DNA of 64,000 nt from an uncultured Gammaproteobacteria bacterium (GCA_964490105.1 CAZAZU010000001.1:86706-150705), one strand, 5' to 3'; counted from the stretch's first letter, positions 51,304 through 62,017 are shown. Notes: generated by a model not told the origin, from the letters alone. Made by a program: numbers and translations.

Positions 51304-51690
51304 CTATTGAAGTTCTTGGATTTGATTTAGTAGTTCTGTTTGATTCCCAGCTGGAACTGCATTCATAGAGCTTTGGATTTGCATGACTTGGTTATATGCA
51401 TCTTTATAATAGTTAAGAACTCTAGAGGTTATTATAAGCATTAGTCCCGTCGCGATAATTGTAACTGCTATGGTAATCAGTCCCACAAACTGTGCTCTCC
51501 TATCATCTTTAAGAAAATATTTAACGCCGGGAATAATTCCGAAAGGAGGTATGAGAATTGCAACTACTATAATAGTAATAGACTTCCCTAGCGAAAATTT
51601 AAAAGGCGGCTCTTTTATTTTTTTCCCACAGTTAGGACAAAAATAAAAATTTTCCTGTACCGGACTTTTACAAAACTTACAATTCCCCAT
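51304..51690 (-). CDS. Zinc-ribbon membrane protein
   Basis: CKFC...FCPNCG, two TM helices. Confidence 0.8.
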   Translation of the reverse strand: MGNCKFCKSPVQENFYFCPNCGKKIKEPPFKFSLGKSITIIVVAILIPPFGIIPGVKYFLKDDRRAQFVGLITIAVTIIATGLMLIITSRVLNYYKDAYNQVMQIQSSMNAVPAGNQTELLNQIQELQ

Positions 51691-51790
51691 CTAACCTAGC
51701 ATACTACTTTTATTGATTTAAACAAATTTTTAATGGTAATGCGGGGGGATGGCGCGGATTGAGTTTAGTCAGATGATAAGCTTGCGATGT

Positions 51791-52879
51791 TTATGGTGAA
51801 ATAAAATCTACTATGGAGGTAAGCACGGAGCGTTCTTGAGCAACAACATTTCCGCTATTTGCTGACACAAACGCTGTGGTTGGAGAATTAACCGGAATAA
51901 ATCCTAATATCTTATGTTCTTTCTTTCCTTTTATTCTATAGACAATATCTTTATTTTTTAATTCAAGCTTTACAACTTCATTGCCTGACCCTAGTTGATC
52001 TAAAATCTGAGTGTCCGCTGAAGCATCAATAGTATTAACTATCCCTGTTCTTAAAAGATTTTGAATCGCCTGATCCGGGAGAACGGTTACAATTCGCTGG
52101 CCTTCGGGCGTTGAAAGAATTAGTAAATTTGTACCTATATCAACTGAAAGAGGAAAATTTGTTATCGCGCTAGTATTATTTTTAGTGAAAGCTACTGTGT
52201 CATCGTCTAATGCCTCAACCTCTAAGCCCTCGTCCTCTAATTCAGTCTCTGTTTCATCTTCAAGTTCACTTAGCTCATCTTCATCCAGCTTAACTTCTTC
52301 CCCGTCTTCATTTTCGACTTTTAATTCAAGCTGTCCGTTTTTATATTCATATTTTAATTTTAGTTCACCGCGCTCTATTTCAATTTTTGTGGTGATTCCG
52401 TTTTTGATTTTTGTTTTTATTTTTTGACCATCTGCTGTTTCAATTTCAGTCTCCTGTTCACTGTCCTCAGATTCATCATCCTCAAGATCCTCCTCTTCTA
52501 TAGGGCTGATGGCAGATTTTGATGGTTTTGGCGAAAGATATTTAGATTTAGATGACAGAGATTCTTGTTTTTTCTGTTCCTGTTCTTTATACTTTTCTTC
52601 TTCTTTCTTTATCTCTTCATTTCTTTTTTCCTCTTCTTTGTTTTCATCTTCGTCCTCATCTGATTTGTCTTCTTCCTGGTCTTCACCGCTATCTTCATCT
52701 TCTCCTAGAACGCTCTGTTCATTATTAGCAGTTAGTACTTGAGTTGTTTGAACATTCGCTGAGATAACCAATAGCAATACGGAAACAATAGAGATAATTA
52801 CAAGCGGATGCAGTGAAGTAAACTTGCTCACTGTAGATGAAGAATTTCGTTTTTTATTTCTAGCTTTAGATTTTGGCAT
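51791..52879 (-). CDS. Exported/TM-anchored highly acidic low-complexity protein
   Basis: TM then Glu/Asp-rich tracts and a globular C-terminal domain. Confidence 0.75.
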   Translation of the reverse strand: MPKSKARNKKRNSSSTVSKFTSLHPLVIISIVSVLLLVISANVQTTQVLTANNEQSVLGEDEDSGEDQEEDKSDEDEDENKEEEKRNEEIKKEEEKYKEQEQKKQESLSSKSKYLSPKPSKSAISPIEEEDLEDDESEDSEQETEIETADGQKIKTKIKNGITTKIEIERGELKLKYEYKNGQLELKVENEDGEEVKLDEDELSELEDETETELEDEGLEVEALDDDTVAFTKNNTSAITNFPLSVDIGTNLLILSTPEGQRIVTVLPDQAIQNLLRTGIVNTIDASADTQILDQLGSGNEVVKLELKNKDIVYRIKGKKEHKILGFIPVNSPTTAFVSANSGNVVAQERSVLTSIVDFISP

Positions 52880-52944
52880 CTACTTTATTTATATACTTCA
52901 TGTTGAAAATGTCAAGTTTGTTAACTCGCCTTAGATTTAAAACC

Positions 52945-53592
52945 TTAAATATTCAGGAAAAGATTTTCGAGGGCGAGGCGGGGGTTGGCGTTGGTGGTTT
53001 TTAAATCGTAGTGAGTGAGTTCGAGTTTGTGGATTAGCTTGCGAAGTTTCAATGCCTCCTGTTTATCTTCTACTTTTTCTAACATTCTTTCCCGGGCTGC
53101 TAAGATGGCTTTTTCGAGCCATGATATCGCTTCTGTTTTTTCTTTACTTACCACTTGTGCTAAATATAATCTCTCCCCTGCGCTATCAAATGCCAGAATT
53201 TTTTCTAACCCCTCCCCTTCTATTTTTATCTCTTCTTTCTCCGGTTCTATGAGTTTTGCTCGCGAAAGAACTGTCGGGATAAATGAAAAATGACTGGTGG
53301 TAATTAAATAAATAAGTGTATTTGCGGGAGGCTCTTCTAAAAGTTTTAGCATGGCGTTTTGGGCGTCAGGAGTGGCTGATTGTTGCATTACTACAAATAA
53401 AGCTTTTTTATCTCCCTTAAATGGCTTTAAAAATATTTTTTCCTGAATTTTCCTAACGTCTTCAATTCCAAGCGCTTTTTCAAACTCTAAGATTTGTCTA
53501 TCAAACGGATCGATTTTAAGTTTGTCTGACTCAGATATTGCGTGCTCCTGCGCTTTTTTTAAATCTTTGGAGCTTACTATAAAAGTATTCAT
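52945..53592 (-). CDS. holB: DNA polymerase III delta-prime-like (shortened)
   Basis: IEDVR, AQNAMLKLLEEPP, PTVLSR. Confidence 0.8.
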   Translation of the reverse strand: MNTFIVSSKDLKKAQEHAISESDKLKIDPFDRQILEFEKALGIEDVRKIQEKIFLKPFKGDKKALFVVMQQSATPDAQNAMLKLLEEPPANTLIYLITTSHFSFIPTVLSRAKLIEPEKEEIKIEGEGLEKILAFDSAGERLYLAQVVSKEKTEAISWLEKAILAARERMLEKVEDKQEALKLRKLIHKLELTHYDLKTTNANPRLALENLFLNI

Positions 53593-53643
53593 ACAGCTTT
53601 GATTCCCTTGATTTATATCACACTTTTAAATACTATTATAGTA

Positions 53644-55356
53644 ATGCCCGCGATATCTACTTCACAGACCGCGTTATCTGACGCGCTTTATCAACAGCGC
53701 TTGCTTAGTCCTGCGCAGTATAACGACATAAAATTAAAAGTCGTAACACAGGGGCTTTCCGAAGAAGACGTTTTAAATGCTCTAAATGTAGTTAGTGAAG
53801 ACAAAATGTCTGAAACTAAAGCTAAGATTTTAGGAGTTCCGTATATATCCCTTGAGTCCACTTCATTTTCTCCTCAAGCCTTAGGTTTAGTTCCTGAAGC
53901 TGTTGTTCAGAGATTTAACTTAATCCCCTTTTCTTATGACGAGAGAAGCAGAACTCTATCAATCGCGATGGGAAATCCTGTAGATCTGGATGCTCTTTCT
54001 TTTGTTAGGCAAAAAACCGGACTAAATATTAAAGCATTTGCGGCTTCACCATCCGGCGTTAAGCAAGCCATAGACATGCAGTATAAGCAGCAGCTTGTAG
54101 GTCAAGTTGGAGAAGCTTTAAAGGAAACAGAGGATACAAATAAAACAAAGACTGTAGATGCAACTCAAATCGCGCAGATAATTAAAGAGGCTCCAATCGC
54201 TAAGATCGTTTCCACCATTTTAGAATATGCTGTAAAAAGCAGAGCGTCAGATGTGCACATAGAACCTCAGGAAGAAAGAGTCCGCGTCCGCTATAGAATT
54301 GACGGAATTTTATATGATCGCTTGAGTCTTCCAAAATCTGTTCAGGAGGCTGTAATTTCCCGCATAAAAATTCTGTCTGAAATGAAAATTGACGAGCATC
54401 GTGCGCCTCAAGACGGAAGATTTAATTTTAAGATTGAAGATAAGGAAGTCGATCTTCGTATATCAGTGCTTCCTGCAGCGCACGGTGAAAAAATCGTAAT
54501 GAGACTACTCCGAAAGAGCGGAGGAATTCCAACGCTTGAGGAGCTTGGTCTTATGGGAACAGCTTTAAGAAATCTTGAAACAAATATGCTTAGACCGCAC
54601 GGAATTATTATCGTCTGCGGACCCACTGGGTCTGGAAAAACTACAACACTTTATTCCGTCTTAAACAAGCTTAATAGTCCAAAGGTAAATATTATGACTC
54701 TTGAGGATCCGGTCGAGTATGAAATGCCTGGCATAAATCAGGTGCAGGTTAATTCATCCGTAGGACTTACTTTTGCAACAGGACTTCGTGCTTTTCTTAG
54801 ACAGGATCCAAACGTAATTCTCGTAGGAGAAATTAGAGATAAAGAAACTACAGACCTCGCTATACAGGCAGCTTTAACAGGACATTTGGTTTTTTCAACA
54901 CTTCACACTTCAAATGCATCGGGAGCACTTCCTAGGCTGATTGATTTAGGAGCTGAAACCTTTCTCTTGTCTTCAAGTATAAATGCTATAGTCGGGCAAA
55001 GAATCGTTAGGCGACTTTGCCAAACTTGCAAATCTGCATATCCTCCCCCTCCCCAGCTCTTAGATATGATGAAAAGAGAACTAGGTGCACTTTTCCCACA
55101 AGGAGAAGCTAAATTTTATAAACCAGTTGGCTGCGCAGAATGTGACAATTCTGGATATCTGGGAAGAGTTGGAGTTTTTGAGGTTCTGCCTGTTTCTCCA
55201 AAGATAGCAGAAATGATATTAAAAAGAACTGATAGCCCAACAATTGAGAAAGAAGCAATTTCTGAGGGAATGATCACCATGAAACAGGATGGATATATAA
55301 AAGTGTTAAGAGGAGTGACTACTGTCGAAGAGGTTTTGCGTGTTGCACAGGAATAG
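53644..55356 (+). CDS. pilB: Type IV pilus assembly ATPase PilB/GspE
   Basis: ASDVHIEP, GPTGSGKTT, LRQDP, GHLVFSTLH, tetracysteine motif; TTGATT-17-TACTAT-7 nt-ATG at 53644. Confidence 0.93.
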   Translation: MPAISTSQTALSDALYQQRLLSPAQYNDIKLKVVTQGLSEEDVLNALNVVSEDKMSETKAKILGVPYISLESTSFSPQALGLVPEAVVQRFNLIPFSYDERSRTLSIAMGNPVDLDALSFVRQKTGLNIKAFAASPSGVKQAIDMQYKQQLVGQVGEALKETEDTNKTKTVDATQIAQIIKEAPIAKIVSTILEYAVKSRASDVHIEPQEERVRVRYRIDGILYDRLSLPKSVQEAVISRIKILSEMKIDEHRAPQDGRFNFKIEDKEVDLRISVLPAAHGEKIVMRLLRKSGGIPTLEELGLMGTALRNLETNMLRPHGIIIVCGPTGSGKTTTLYSVLNKLNSPKVNIMTLEDPVEYEMPGINQVQVNSSVGLTFATGLRAFLRQDPNVILVGEIRDKETTDLAIQAALTGHLVFSTLHTSNASGALPRLIDLGAETFLLSSSINAIVGQRIVRRLCQTCKSAYPPPPQLLDMMKRELGALFPQGEAKFYKPVGCAECDNSGYLGRVGVFEVLPVSPKIAEMILKRTDSPTIEKEAISEGMITMKQDGYIKVLRGVTTVEEVLRVAQE

Positions 55357-55376
55357 TATTAATTCATAATAGATTT

Positions 55377-56444
55377 ATGGACATTAGAGAACTATTAAAT
55401 ATTACAGTTAAGAATAAGGCTTCGGACTTACATCTTCTGGTGGGAATCGCGCCCACAATTAGACTTGACGGAGTTTTAAACCCTTTAACCAATTATCCCC
55501 CTCTGACCAGCGAGGTTCTGGAAGCTATGATTTTTTCTGTAATTAGCCCCCATCAGAAAGAATTACTTTTGGCAAATAAAGAACTCGATTTTTCTTTTGG
55601 ATTTTCTAAAGATGCAAACGGAAGCGAGGGAAGATTTAGGGTAAATATTTACTATCAGAGAGGTTACATTTCAGGAGCCTTTAGATATTTAGAGCCAACT
55701 ATAAGAACCATAGAAGAGCTTAAGCTGCCTAAAATTTGTAATGAATTTGCAAAATTAAAACAAGGATTTGTGTTGGTAACAGGGCCTACCGGACACGGAA
55801 AGTCAACCACACTGGCGGCGATGATAAATGAGGTAAATATAAACAGACCGCTTCACATTTTAACTATCGAGGATCCAATAGAATACGTTTATCCGGTTGG
55901 AAAAAGTATAGTTAGTCAGCGTGAAATGGGTCAAGATTCTCACTCATGGAATTATGCGCTTAGATCCGCACTTCGTGAGGATCCAGACGTAGTATTAGTC
56001 GGAGAAATGAGAGATCCAGAGACTATTGCAGCAGCCATAACCATTGCTGAAACAGGGCATTTAGTTTTCTCGACACTTCATACAAATTCAGCATCCCAGA
56101 CAATTGACAGAATGATCGATTCTTTTCCTCCAAGCCAGCAGCCGCAGGTTAGAATTCAGCTAGCCTCAACCCTTAAGGGAATTATTTCCCAAAGACTTCT
56201 TCCTCAGATTAACGGTGGAAGAGTTCCAGCCGCAGAAGTTCTAATCGGAAATAATGCTGTAGCGACAAATATCAGAGACGGAAAAACTCATCTTATTGAT
56301 TCTATAATTGAAACTTCACAGGATGTCGGAATGATAAGTCTTGAGTCTTCTCTTTCATCTCTAGTTATGACTGGAGCAATTAGTCTTGAAACCGCGAAGA
56401 GTTATGCTACCCGCCCCGACGATTTACTTAGGATGGTTGTTTAA
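55377..56444 (+). CDS. pilT: Pilus retraction ATPase PilT
   Basis: ASDLH, GPTGHGKSTT, ALREDPD, AETGHLVFSTLHT. Confidence 0.93.
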   Translation: MDIRELLNITVKNKASDLHLLVGIAPTIRLDGVLNPLTNYPPLTSEVLEAMIFSVISPHQKELLLANKELDFSFGFSKDANGSEGRFRVNIYYQRGYISGAFRYLEPTIRTIEELKLPKICNEFAKLKQGFVLVTGPTGHGKSTTLAAMINEVNINRPLHILTIEDPIEYVYPVGKSIVSQREMGQDSHSWNYALRSALREDPDVVLVGEMRDPETIAAAITIAETGHLVFSTLHTNSASQTIDRMIDSFPPSQQPQVRIQLASTLKGIISQRLLPQINGGRVPAAEVLIGNNAVATNIRDGKTHLIDSIIETSQDVGMISLESSLSSLVMTGAISLETAKSYATRPDDLLRMVV

Positions 56445-56446
56445 AT

Positions 56447-57652
56447 ATGAGACTAAGGTATAAAGCAGTTTCTCAGGATGGAAAGAAAGTTAGAGGATTT
56501 GTAGAAGCAAAGGAAATAAAGGATGCTGCGTATTATCTTCGTCAGAGAAATCTTATCCCCATCCAGATCAGTAAAGAGGCAGAATATGAATTTATAAAAA
56601 AATTACCTTTTGTAAGTAAGACAAAATCAAAAGATCTTATTCTTTTTACCCGTCAGCTCTCATCTATGCTCGCTTCAGGACTTACTCTAATTAAATCTTT
56701 AGAAATACTAAAAGAACAGACAACGAATAAATATCTCCAGGAAACAATCGGGGGAATTTTACTAGACTTGGAAGAGGGAAAATCTTTCTCAGACTCAATT
56801 GCGAAGTATCCCGATGTTTTCCCGTCTATTTATGTGTCTTTAGTTAGAGCTGGTGAATCATCAGGACTACTGGATAAGATTTTTTTAAGACTTGCTACTA
56901 ATTTAGAAAAACAGCATAAATTAAGAAATACTGTCAGGGGCGCCCTTATGTATCCGATAATTGTTATAACGCTTATGGTGATCGTTATGCTTATCTTGAT
57001 GGTTTTTGTTATTCCTGAACTTAGTAAACTTTATGATAGTTTAGGTGTGACTCTTCCTTTTGTGACAAGAGTAGTCGTGGGAATTTCAAGTGGGGTGGGT
57101 AAAATCTGGTTTCTTTTAGTTGGCCTGACAGTTGTATTTGTTTATGCTTTTTTGAGATGGAAAAAAACTCCAACGGGTAAGGAAATGTACGATCGAAATA
57201 TTCTAAGATTTCCGCTTTTTGGAAAAATCATAAGACAAACGATTCTTACTGAATTTTCAAGAACCTTTGGGCTATTGGTCGGAACGGGAACTCTAATCGT
57301 GGACGCTCTTAATCAGAGCGCAGCGGTGACAGGAAATTTTGTTTATGATAAGTCAATTAGGGAAATTGCCAAAAGAGTCGAGAAAGGAGTTCCTGTGGGA
57401 GAGGCAATGGCTACTTATTCATATTTCCCTCCCCTTTTAATCCAGCTAGTAAAAGTAGGAGAAGAAACCGGAAAAATGGATGAAAATTTATTAAAAGCTT
57501 CGGAATATTTTGAAGAAGAAGTTAGCCAGGCGGTAAAAACCTTAACAACAGCTATGGAGCCATTTATTATGATAGTTCTAGGAATAGGTGTAGGTTTTCT
57601 CGTTTTTTCAGTAATTACACCAATCTACAGTATTCTTAATGCGGTTCAATAA
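56447..57652 (+). CDS. pilC: Type IV pilus platform protein PilC/GspF
   Basis: FTRQL, GESSG, ALMYP, GEETG, MEP. Confidence 0.93.
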   Translation: MRLRYKAVSQDGKKVRGFVEAKEIKDAAYYLRQRNLIPIQISKEAEYEFIKKLPFVSKTKSKDLILFTRQLSSMLASGLTLIKSLEILKEQTTNKYLQETIGGILLDLEEGKSFSDSIAKYPDVFPSIYVSLVRAGESSGLLDKIFLRLATNLEKQHKLRNTVRGALMYPIIVITLMVIVMLILMVFVIPELSKLYDSLGVTLPFVTRVVVGISSGVGKIWFLLVGLTVVFVYAFLRWKKTPTGKEMYDRNILRFPLFGKIIRQTILTEFSRTFGLLVGTGTLIVDALNQSAAVTGNFVYDKSIREIAKRVEKGVPVGEAMATYSYFPPLLIQLVKVGEETGKMDENLLKASEYFEEEVSQAVKTLTTAMEPFIMIVLGIGVGFLVFSVITPIYSILNAVQ

Positions 57653-57712
57653 AATCAGGCACAGAATGACTACTTGACAAGGGAAAAAATATCTGGCAAT
57701 AATGACTTATAC

Positions 57713-58204
57713 ATGAAAAAACTGCTCGAACTTCTTAAGAAGCTTTTAGGTAATAAATCTTCAAATGATACATCTTCTGGTTTTACTCTCATTGAGCTTT
57801 TAATTGTTATCGCAATTCTAGGTATTTTAGCAGGAGGACTTTTGCTGGCAATTGATCCAGCAGAAAAGTTAAGACAGGGAAATGATACAAGAGCTATTAA
57901 TGATGTAGCTCAGACTGCTTCGAAGATTGAGCAATATGCAATTTCGACTAATGCAGGAGTTTATCCTGCTGCTGCTGCTGGAAACGAAATTCCTGCTGCT
58001 ATCGGAGCTCCTACTCCTCCAAATGCTAGCTATGATTATGAGTATTTTTATAATGGGGCCGCAACGAATACGTTCGTAATTAGTGTTGCAAGTCTTCAAT
58101 CAAAAAAATATACAACAACTCCAGTATTCGTATATGTTTCGTCTCAAGGGAAAAGCTGCTTCCTAGCTGCAGGAACACCTTCTGGAGCTAGTACCTGTCC
58201 ATAA
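57713..58204 (+). CDS. Type IV pilin (probable major pilin)
   Basis: G|FTLIELLIVIAILGIL; C-terminal Cys pair; own TTGACA promoter. Confidence 0.88.
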   Translation: MKKLLELLKKLLGNKSSNDTSSGFTLIELLIVIAILGILAGGLLLAIDPAEKLRQGNDTRAINDVAQTASKIEQYAISTNAGVYPAAAAGNEIPAAIGAPTPPNASYDYEYFYNGAATNTFVISVASLQSKKYTTTPVFVYVSSQGKSCFLAAGTPSGASTCP

Positions 58205-58241
58205 CTTGACGAACTGATAGGAATTAATTATGCTCACTTAG

Positions 58242-59075
58242 GTGAGCATTTTTTTTGTATTTATAGTTGGATTATTCATCGGGTCATTTCTTGATGTTCT
58301 TATTGACCGCCTTCCCAGAAATGAAAAAATCACCGGAAGAAGTTATTGTGAATCCTGTAAGAGAGAGCTTAAATGGATGGATCTCATTCCCCTTCTCTCC
58401 TATATTTATTTGCGAGGAAAATGCAGATACTGCAAGGCTCCTTTTTCCATGCAATACCCGTTACTGGAGCTAATTACAGGTTTAATGTTTGTATTCACAT
58501 TTAATTTTTCTTTAAACGGGTCTGTGTTTAATTTTAGTCAAGAATATTTAGGAAGCATGATGTTTCCCTTTTTCATAATTAGCGTGTTATATCACTTATT
58601 TATTATCTCCTCATTTATTGTTATCTTTTTTGCAGACCTAAAACATGGAATAATCCCAGACAAAGTGCTTGCCCCAGGAGTTATTGTTTCAATAGTTTAC
58701 TTATTTGTAGCGCCTGGTTTAAGCCAGACTCTCTACCCCGCTTTTATGCATCCAATTATTAATAATCTTCTTTCTGGAATCGGAGCATTCTTATTTTTCC
58801 TGGGAATATTTTTACTTACTAAAGGACGTGGAATGGGATTTGGAGATGTTAAATTATCATTTTTACTGGGTCTAATTCTGGGGTTTCCGGGTATTCTTTT
58901 AGCTTTATACATAGCATTCTTGACAGGTGGAGCGTTAGGGATCATACTTATTTTATGGAAGAAAAAGTCTTTAAAACTTGCGGTTCCGTTCGGTCCCTTT
59001 TTGATAACTGGCGCAATGATATCTTTTTATTTTTCGCAAAATATAATTCCAAAAATACTTCCTTTCTTCCGCTAA
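58242..59075 (+). CDS. pilD: Prepilin peptidase
   Basis: GSFL, RSYCESC, GKCRYC, GMGFGDVKL, PFGPFL. Confidence 0.93.
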   Translation: MSIFFVFIVGLFIGSFLDVLIDRLPRNEKITGRSYCESCKRELKWMDLIPLLSYIYLRGKCRYCKAPFSMQYPLLELITGLMFVFTFNFSLNGSVFNFSQEYLGSMMFPFFIISVLYHLFIISSFIVIFFADLKHGIIPDKVLAPGVIVSIVYLFVAPGLSQTLYPAFMHPIINNLLSGIGAFLFFLGIFLLTKGRGMGFGDVKLSFLLGLILGFPGILLALYIAFLTGGALGIILILWKKKSLKLAVPFGPFLITGAMISFYFSQNIIPKILPFFR

Positions 59076-59551
59076 AATCTAAAGGTTTTACTTTAGTTGA
59101 AATTATAATAGTTGTTGCGCTCATAGGTGTTCTTGCAGGAGGATTGATTACTATTATTGATCCTGCAGGCCAGCTTAAGAGCTCCAGGGATTCTAAGAGA
59201 AAAGCTGATTTAAAACAAATTCAGGCAGCTTTAGAGCTTTACAGGGCGGATCAAGGTACTTATCCCGACAATTCTGACATTGGATATGATGCGGCAAATT
59301 ATAATACAAATACCTCCTTGGTAGATGATCCAACCGATGTGCAAGCAACATACCTTCAAACTGTTCCTAAGGACCCCAAATCAAGCGCTCACTATTACTA
59401 CTGTACTTCAAGTGCTTGCGGTGTTTCGAGTGGATATCGTATATATGCTTGCTTAGAGAAAAGCAATGATCCAGATAGATCCACATCCAGCACTTTCCCC
59501 TCTGGTTATTGCGCAGCAGGCTCGTCTTTTATATTTGTCACAAACCCATGA
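58955..59551 (+). CDS. Type IV pilin / GspG-like
   Basis: G|FTLVEIIIV; RDSKRKADLKQIQAALELY; start uncertain (overlaps pilD). Confidence 0.85.
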   Translation: MEEKVFKTCGSVRSLFDNWRNDIFLFFAKYNSKNTSFLPLKSKGFTLVEIIIVVALIGVLAGGLITIIDPAGQLKSSRDSKRKADLKQIQAALELYRADQGTYPDNSDIGYDAANYNTNTSLVDDPTDVQATYLQTVPKDPKSSAHYYYCTSSACGVSSGYRIYACLEKSNDPDRSTSSTFPSGYCAAGSSFIFVTNP

Positions 59552-60039
59552 GATCACTTAAAGGCTTTACTTTAATCGAAATTCTAATTTCTATGGCAGT
59601 AATTTTACTTCTTTCAGTGGGTTCTCTAGTGGGTTTTAATCAGTTTAGTAAAAGACAAAGCTTAAATATTTCAAGCGATGCGCTGCGTAATAGCTTAAAT
59701 GAAGCAAAAGCTAAATCACAAGCACAGGTTATTGTAACTTCAGATTGCAGACGAAGCGGGAGAGTTTTAGTGGGTTATCAAATTAGATTTAATACAAGTA
59801 CTGATCCCGATTCCTATACATTGGAGGAGGTTTGTACGAGCGGAGCTGCCGAGCTTTTTGCAGTTGTTAAGACTGTATCCCTCTCAAAAGATGTTAATTT
59901 TAGCTCTCCGCCTGCGACTCCAATAAGGTTTTTGCTCCATCCGGGGACTATTAATTCAGCTTCTACTGTAAATATAAATCTAAGGAGTGGATCAAGAACA
60001 CATATAATTCAGGTGGATACAGCGGGAATAGTAAGATGA
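59548..60039 (+). CDS. Minor pilin (FimT/GspH-like)
   Basis: MRSLKG|FTLIEILIS; ATGA coupling. Confidence 0.85.
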   Translation: MRSLKGFTLIEILISMAVILLLSVGSLVGFNQFSKRQSLNISSDALRNSLNEAKAKSQAQVIVTSDCRRSGRVLVGYQIRFNTSTDPDSYTLEEVCTSGAAELFAVVKTVSLSKDVNFSSPPATPIRFLLHPGTINSASTVNINLRSGSRTHIIQVDTAGIVR

Positions 60040-60536
60040 GAAAAAATATTTTTTTAACACAAAATGGGAGCACGCTTGTTGAGTCTATTCTTGCCCTTAC
60101 ATTCGCAGTAGTGATAATTACTGCGGTTGTGATCGCAGTGACAACTGCATTGAGTAACTCTACTTTTACAAAGAATCAAAATCAGGCAACCCAGCTTGCT
60201 CAGGAGGGACTTGATATCGCCAGATACATGAAGACCTCTGACTATACAAGATTTAGAGCACTAAATGATGACGTAAATTATTGCCCCAATGATGAGGGAG
60301 AATTGGCGCCTTTAGACGAGTTACCTTGTGATGATGGTATTTTTATTTCTTCAATAGATATAGACCATGCTGGAGGAAATAATCCAAGCGGCGGAAGAGC
60401 ATGTGAGGTTCTTAACTCGACATTTGTAACATCAGAAGTGAGCTGGACGGACGCAAAGTGTACGGATGGAGAATATTGCCATAAAGTAGCGCTTAGTACA
60501 TGCCTGAGTGATTTAGAGCAACTGGATAACCCATGA
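60036..60536 (+). CDS. Minor pilin (PilV/GspI-like)
   Basis: G|STLVESILAL; ATQLAQEGLD. Confidence 0.8.
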   Translation: MRKNIFLTQNGSTLVESILALTFAVVIITAVVIAVTTALSNSTFTKNQNQATQLAQEGLDIARYMKTSDYTRFRALNDDVNYCPNDEGELAPLDELPCDDGIFISSIDIDHAGGNNPSGGRACEVLNSTFVTSEVSWTDAKCTDGEYCHKVALSTCLSDLEQLDNP

Positions 60537-61069
60537 TAAAAAAAATAAATTCCGCAGGCTTTACACTTATTGAGATGCTTGTCTCAATTGCCATAATAAT
60601 TACCACAACTACAGTCGTCGTTGGAATTCTGGCCTCATCTTTCACGGGAATTACCAAGAGTACTATTTCAGAAGATGTGAGACAGAATGGTAATAGTGCA
60701 CTTAGTCGTATGACGCGTACAATTCAATTCGCTGAGTCATTTCAGGGAGTAAGTCAGAATGGCGTAGATTATATAAATAATTGCACTCTTTCAGGAGGTG
60801 AGAAGTATAATTACGTTAGGGTTAAAACAAATACCCAAATAGTTACACTTTCTTGCACAGACGCAGACATAATGAACGGTGCGTCTTCTCTTATCGATAA
60901 AAATAAAGTTGGAATTCGTGATGGGTCATGTGCTATCACCTGCTTGCAAGAGAGTGAAATTGTGCCTCCTGTTTTGGGAATTAGCTTTGCGCTCTTTAAC
61001 GCGGGAGTAACTAATCAGAAAAAAACTGAAATATATTTCTCAACTAGTGTAAAAATGAGAAACCTCTGA
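60533..61069 (+). CDS. Minor pilin (PilW/GspJ-like)
   Basis: G|FTLIEMLVS. Confidence 0.82.
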   Translation: MIKKINSAGFTLIEMLVSIAIIITTTTVVVGILASSFTGITKSTISEDVRQNGNSALSRMTRTIQFAESFQGVSQNGVDYINNCTLSGGEKYNYVRVKTNTQIVTLSCTDADIMNGASSLIDKNKVGIRDGSCAITCLQESEIVPPVLGISFALFNAGVTNQKKTEIYFSTSVKMRNL

Positions 61070-61105
61070 GTTGACATCATTAACTATCATTGTTAGTCTT
61101 AAAGT

Positions 61106-62014
61106 ATGGGCCTTTTTAATTCAAAACAAAGCCAAACCCTGCATAATTTCCCCCCACTAAATACTGGAAATATCAAGAAAGAATTTGCGGGTTTAATCCT
61201 GAAGGGGCAGCCTAAAGGGCAATCGGGTCAGATTTTACTTATTGTTGTGCTTGCTGCTGTTGTTTCATTAACCGTAGGTTTATCCGCTGTTTCTAGAAGT
61301 ATTACAAATACAAATGTTACTACGGAAGAAGCAAATTCGCAAAAAGCTCTTTCAGCAGCTGAAGCAGGAGTCGAGCAGCTCATTAAGCAAAGAAATCCTG
61401 CAACTCTTGCAAACGAGCTTTCGGACGATTCAGGGTTTAGTGCGGAAGCTACTCCTATTCAAGGATATCAATTTAAATTAAACGGAGGTAATCAAGTTTT
61501 AAAGGATGATGGAGCGGATATCTGGCTAACGACATATCCTAATTTCGGAGGGACTCCATGGACAGGAACGCTTAGAATTTTTTGGGACAATAACGGGGGC
61601 GGATGCGGAACGACTGGTACAAACATCAACCCCGCTATAGAAGTAGTCTACATTAGCGGAAATAGAAATACGCCAGATATGACAAGAACTGTATTTGATG
61701 CATGTCCAAGCCGCGGAAATGGATTCATAAATCCTCCAAACCTAAGTGCGGCAGAGCGAACAGCGGATGGAAAAGTATATAGTCAGGCATTTGATTTAAA
61801 TGTAGCTCAGGGCTATATCATAAGAGTAATTCCTCTGTATGCAAATGCAGTAATGGGTGCGAGAGTTTTAGCTGGTCCTGGATTTCCGTCTCAAGGACAT
61901 ATTATTGATTCTGTGGGAACGAGCGGAAATACTAAAAGATCAGTAAGAGTATTTAAAGGATATCCAAAAATCCCTATCGAGTATTTTCCTTACAACCTTT
62001 TTCAAACTCAGTAA
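61106..62014 (+). CDS. Minor pilin (PilX/GspK-like)
   Basis: G|QILLIVVL lacking Glu5; ALSAAEAGVE. Confidence 0.8.
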   Translation: MGLFNSKQSQTLHNFPPLNTGNIKKEFAGLILKGQPKGQSGQILLIVVLAAVVSLTVGLSAVSRSITNTNVTTEEANSQKALSAAEAGVEQLIKQRNPATLANELSDDSGFSAEATPIQGYQFKLNGGNQVLKDDGADIWLTTYPNFGGTPWTGTLRIFWDNNGGGCGTTGTNINPAIEVVYISGNRNTPDMTRTVFDACPSRGNGFINPPNLSAAERTADGKVYSQAFDLNVAQGYIIRVIPLYANAVMGARVLAGPGFPSQGHIIDSVGTSGNTKRSVRVFKGYPKIPIEYFPYNLFQTQ

Positions 62015-62017
62015 TCT

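Noticed and set aside
51738-51765. GC-rich patch in an intergenic spacer, possible ncRNA
   Set aside because: No convincing stem-loop or recognisable RNA family motif.
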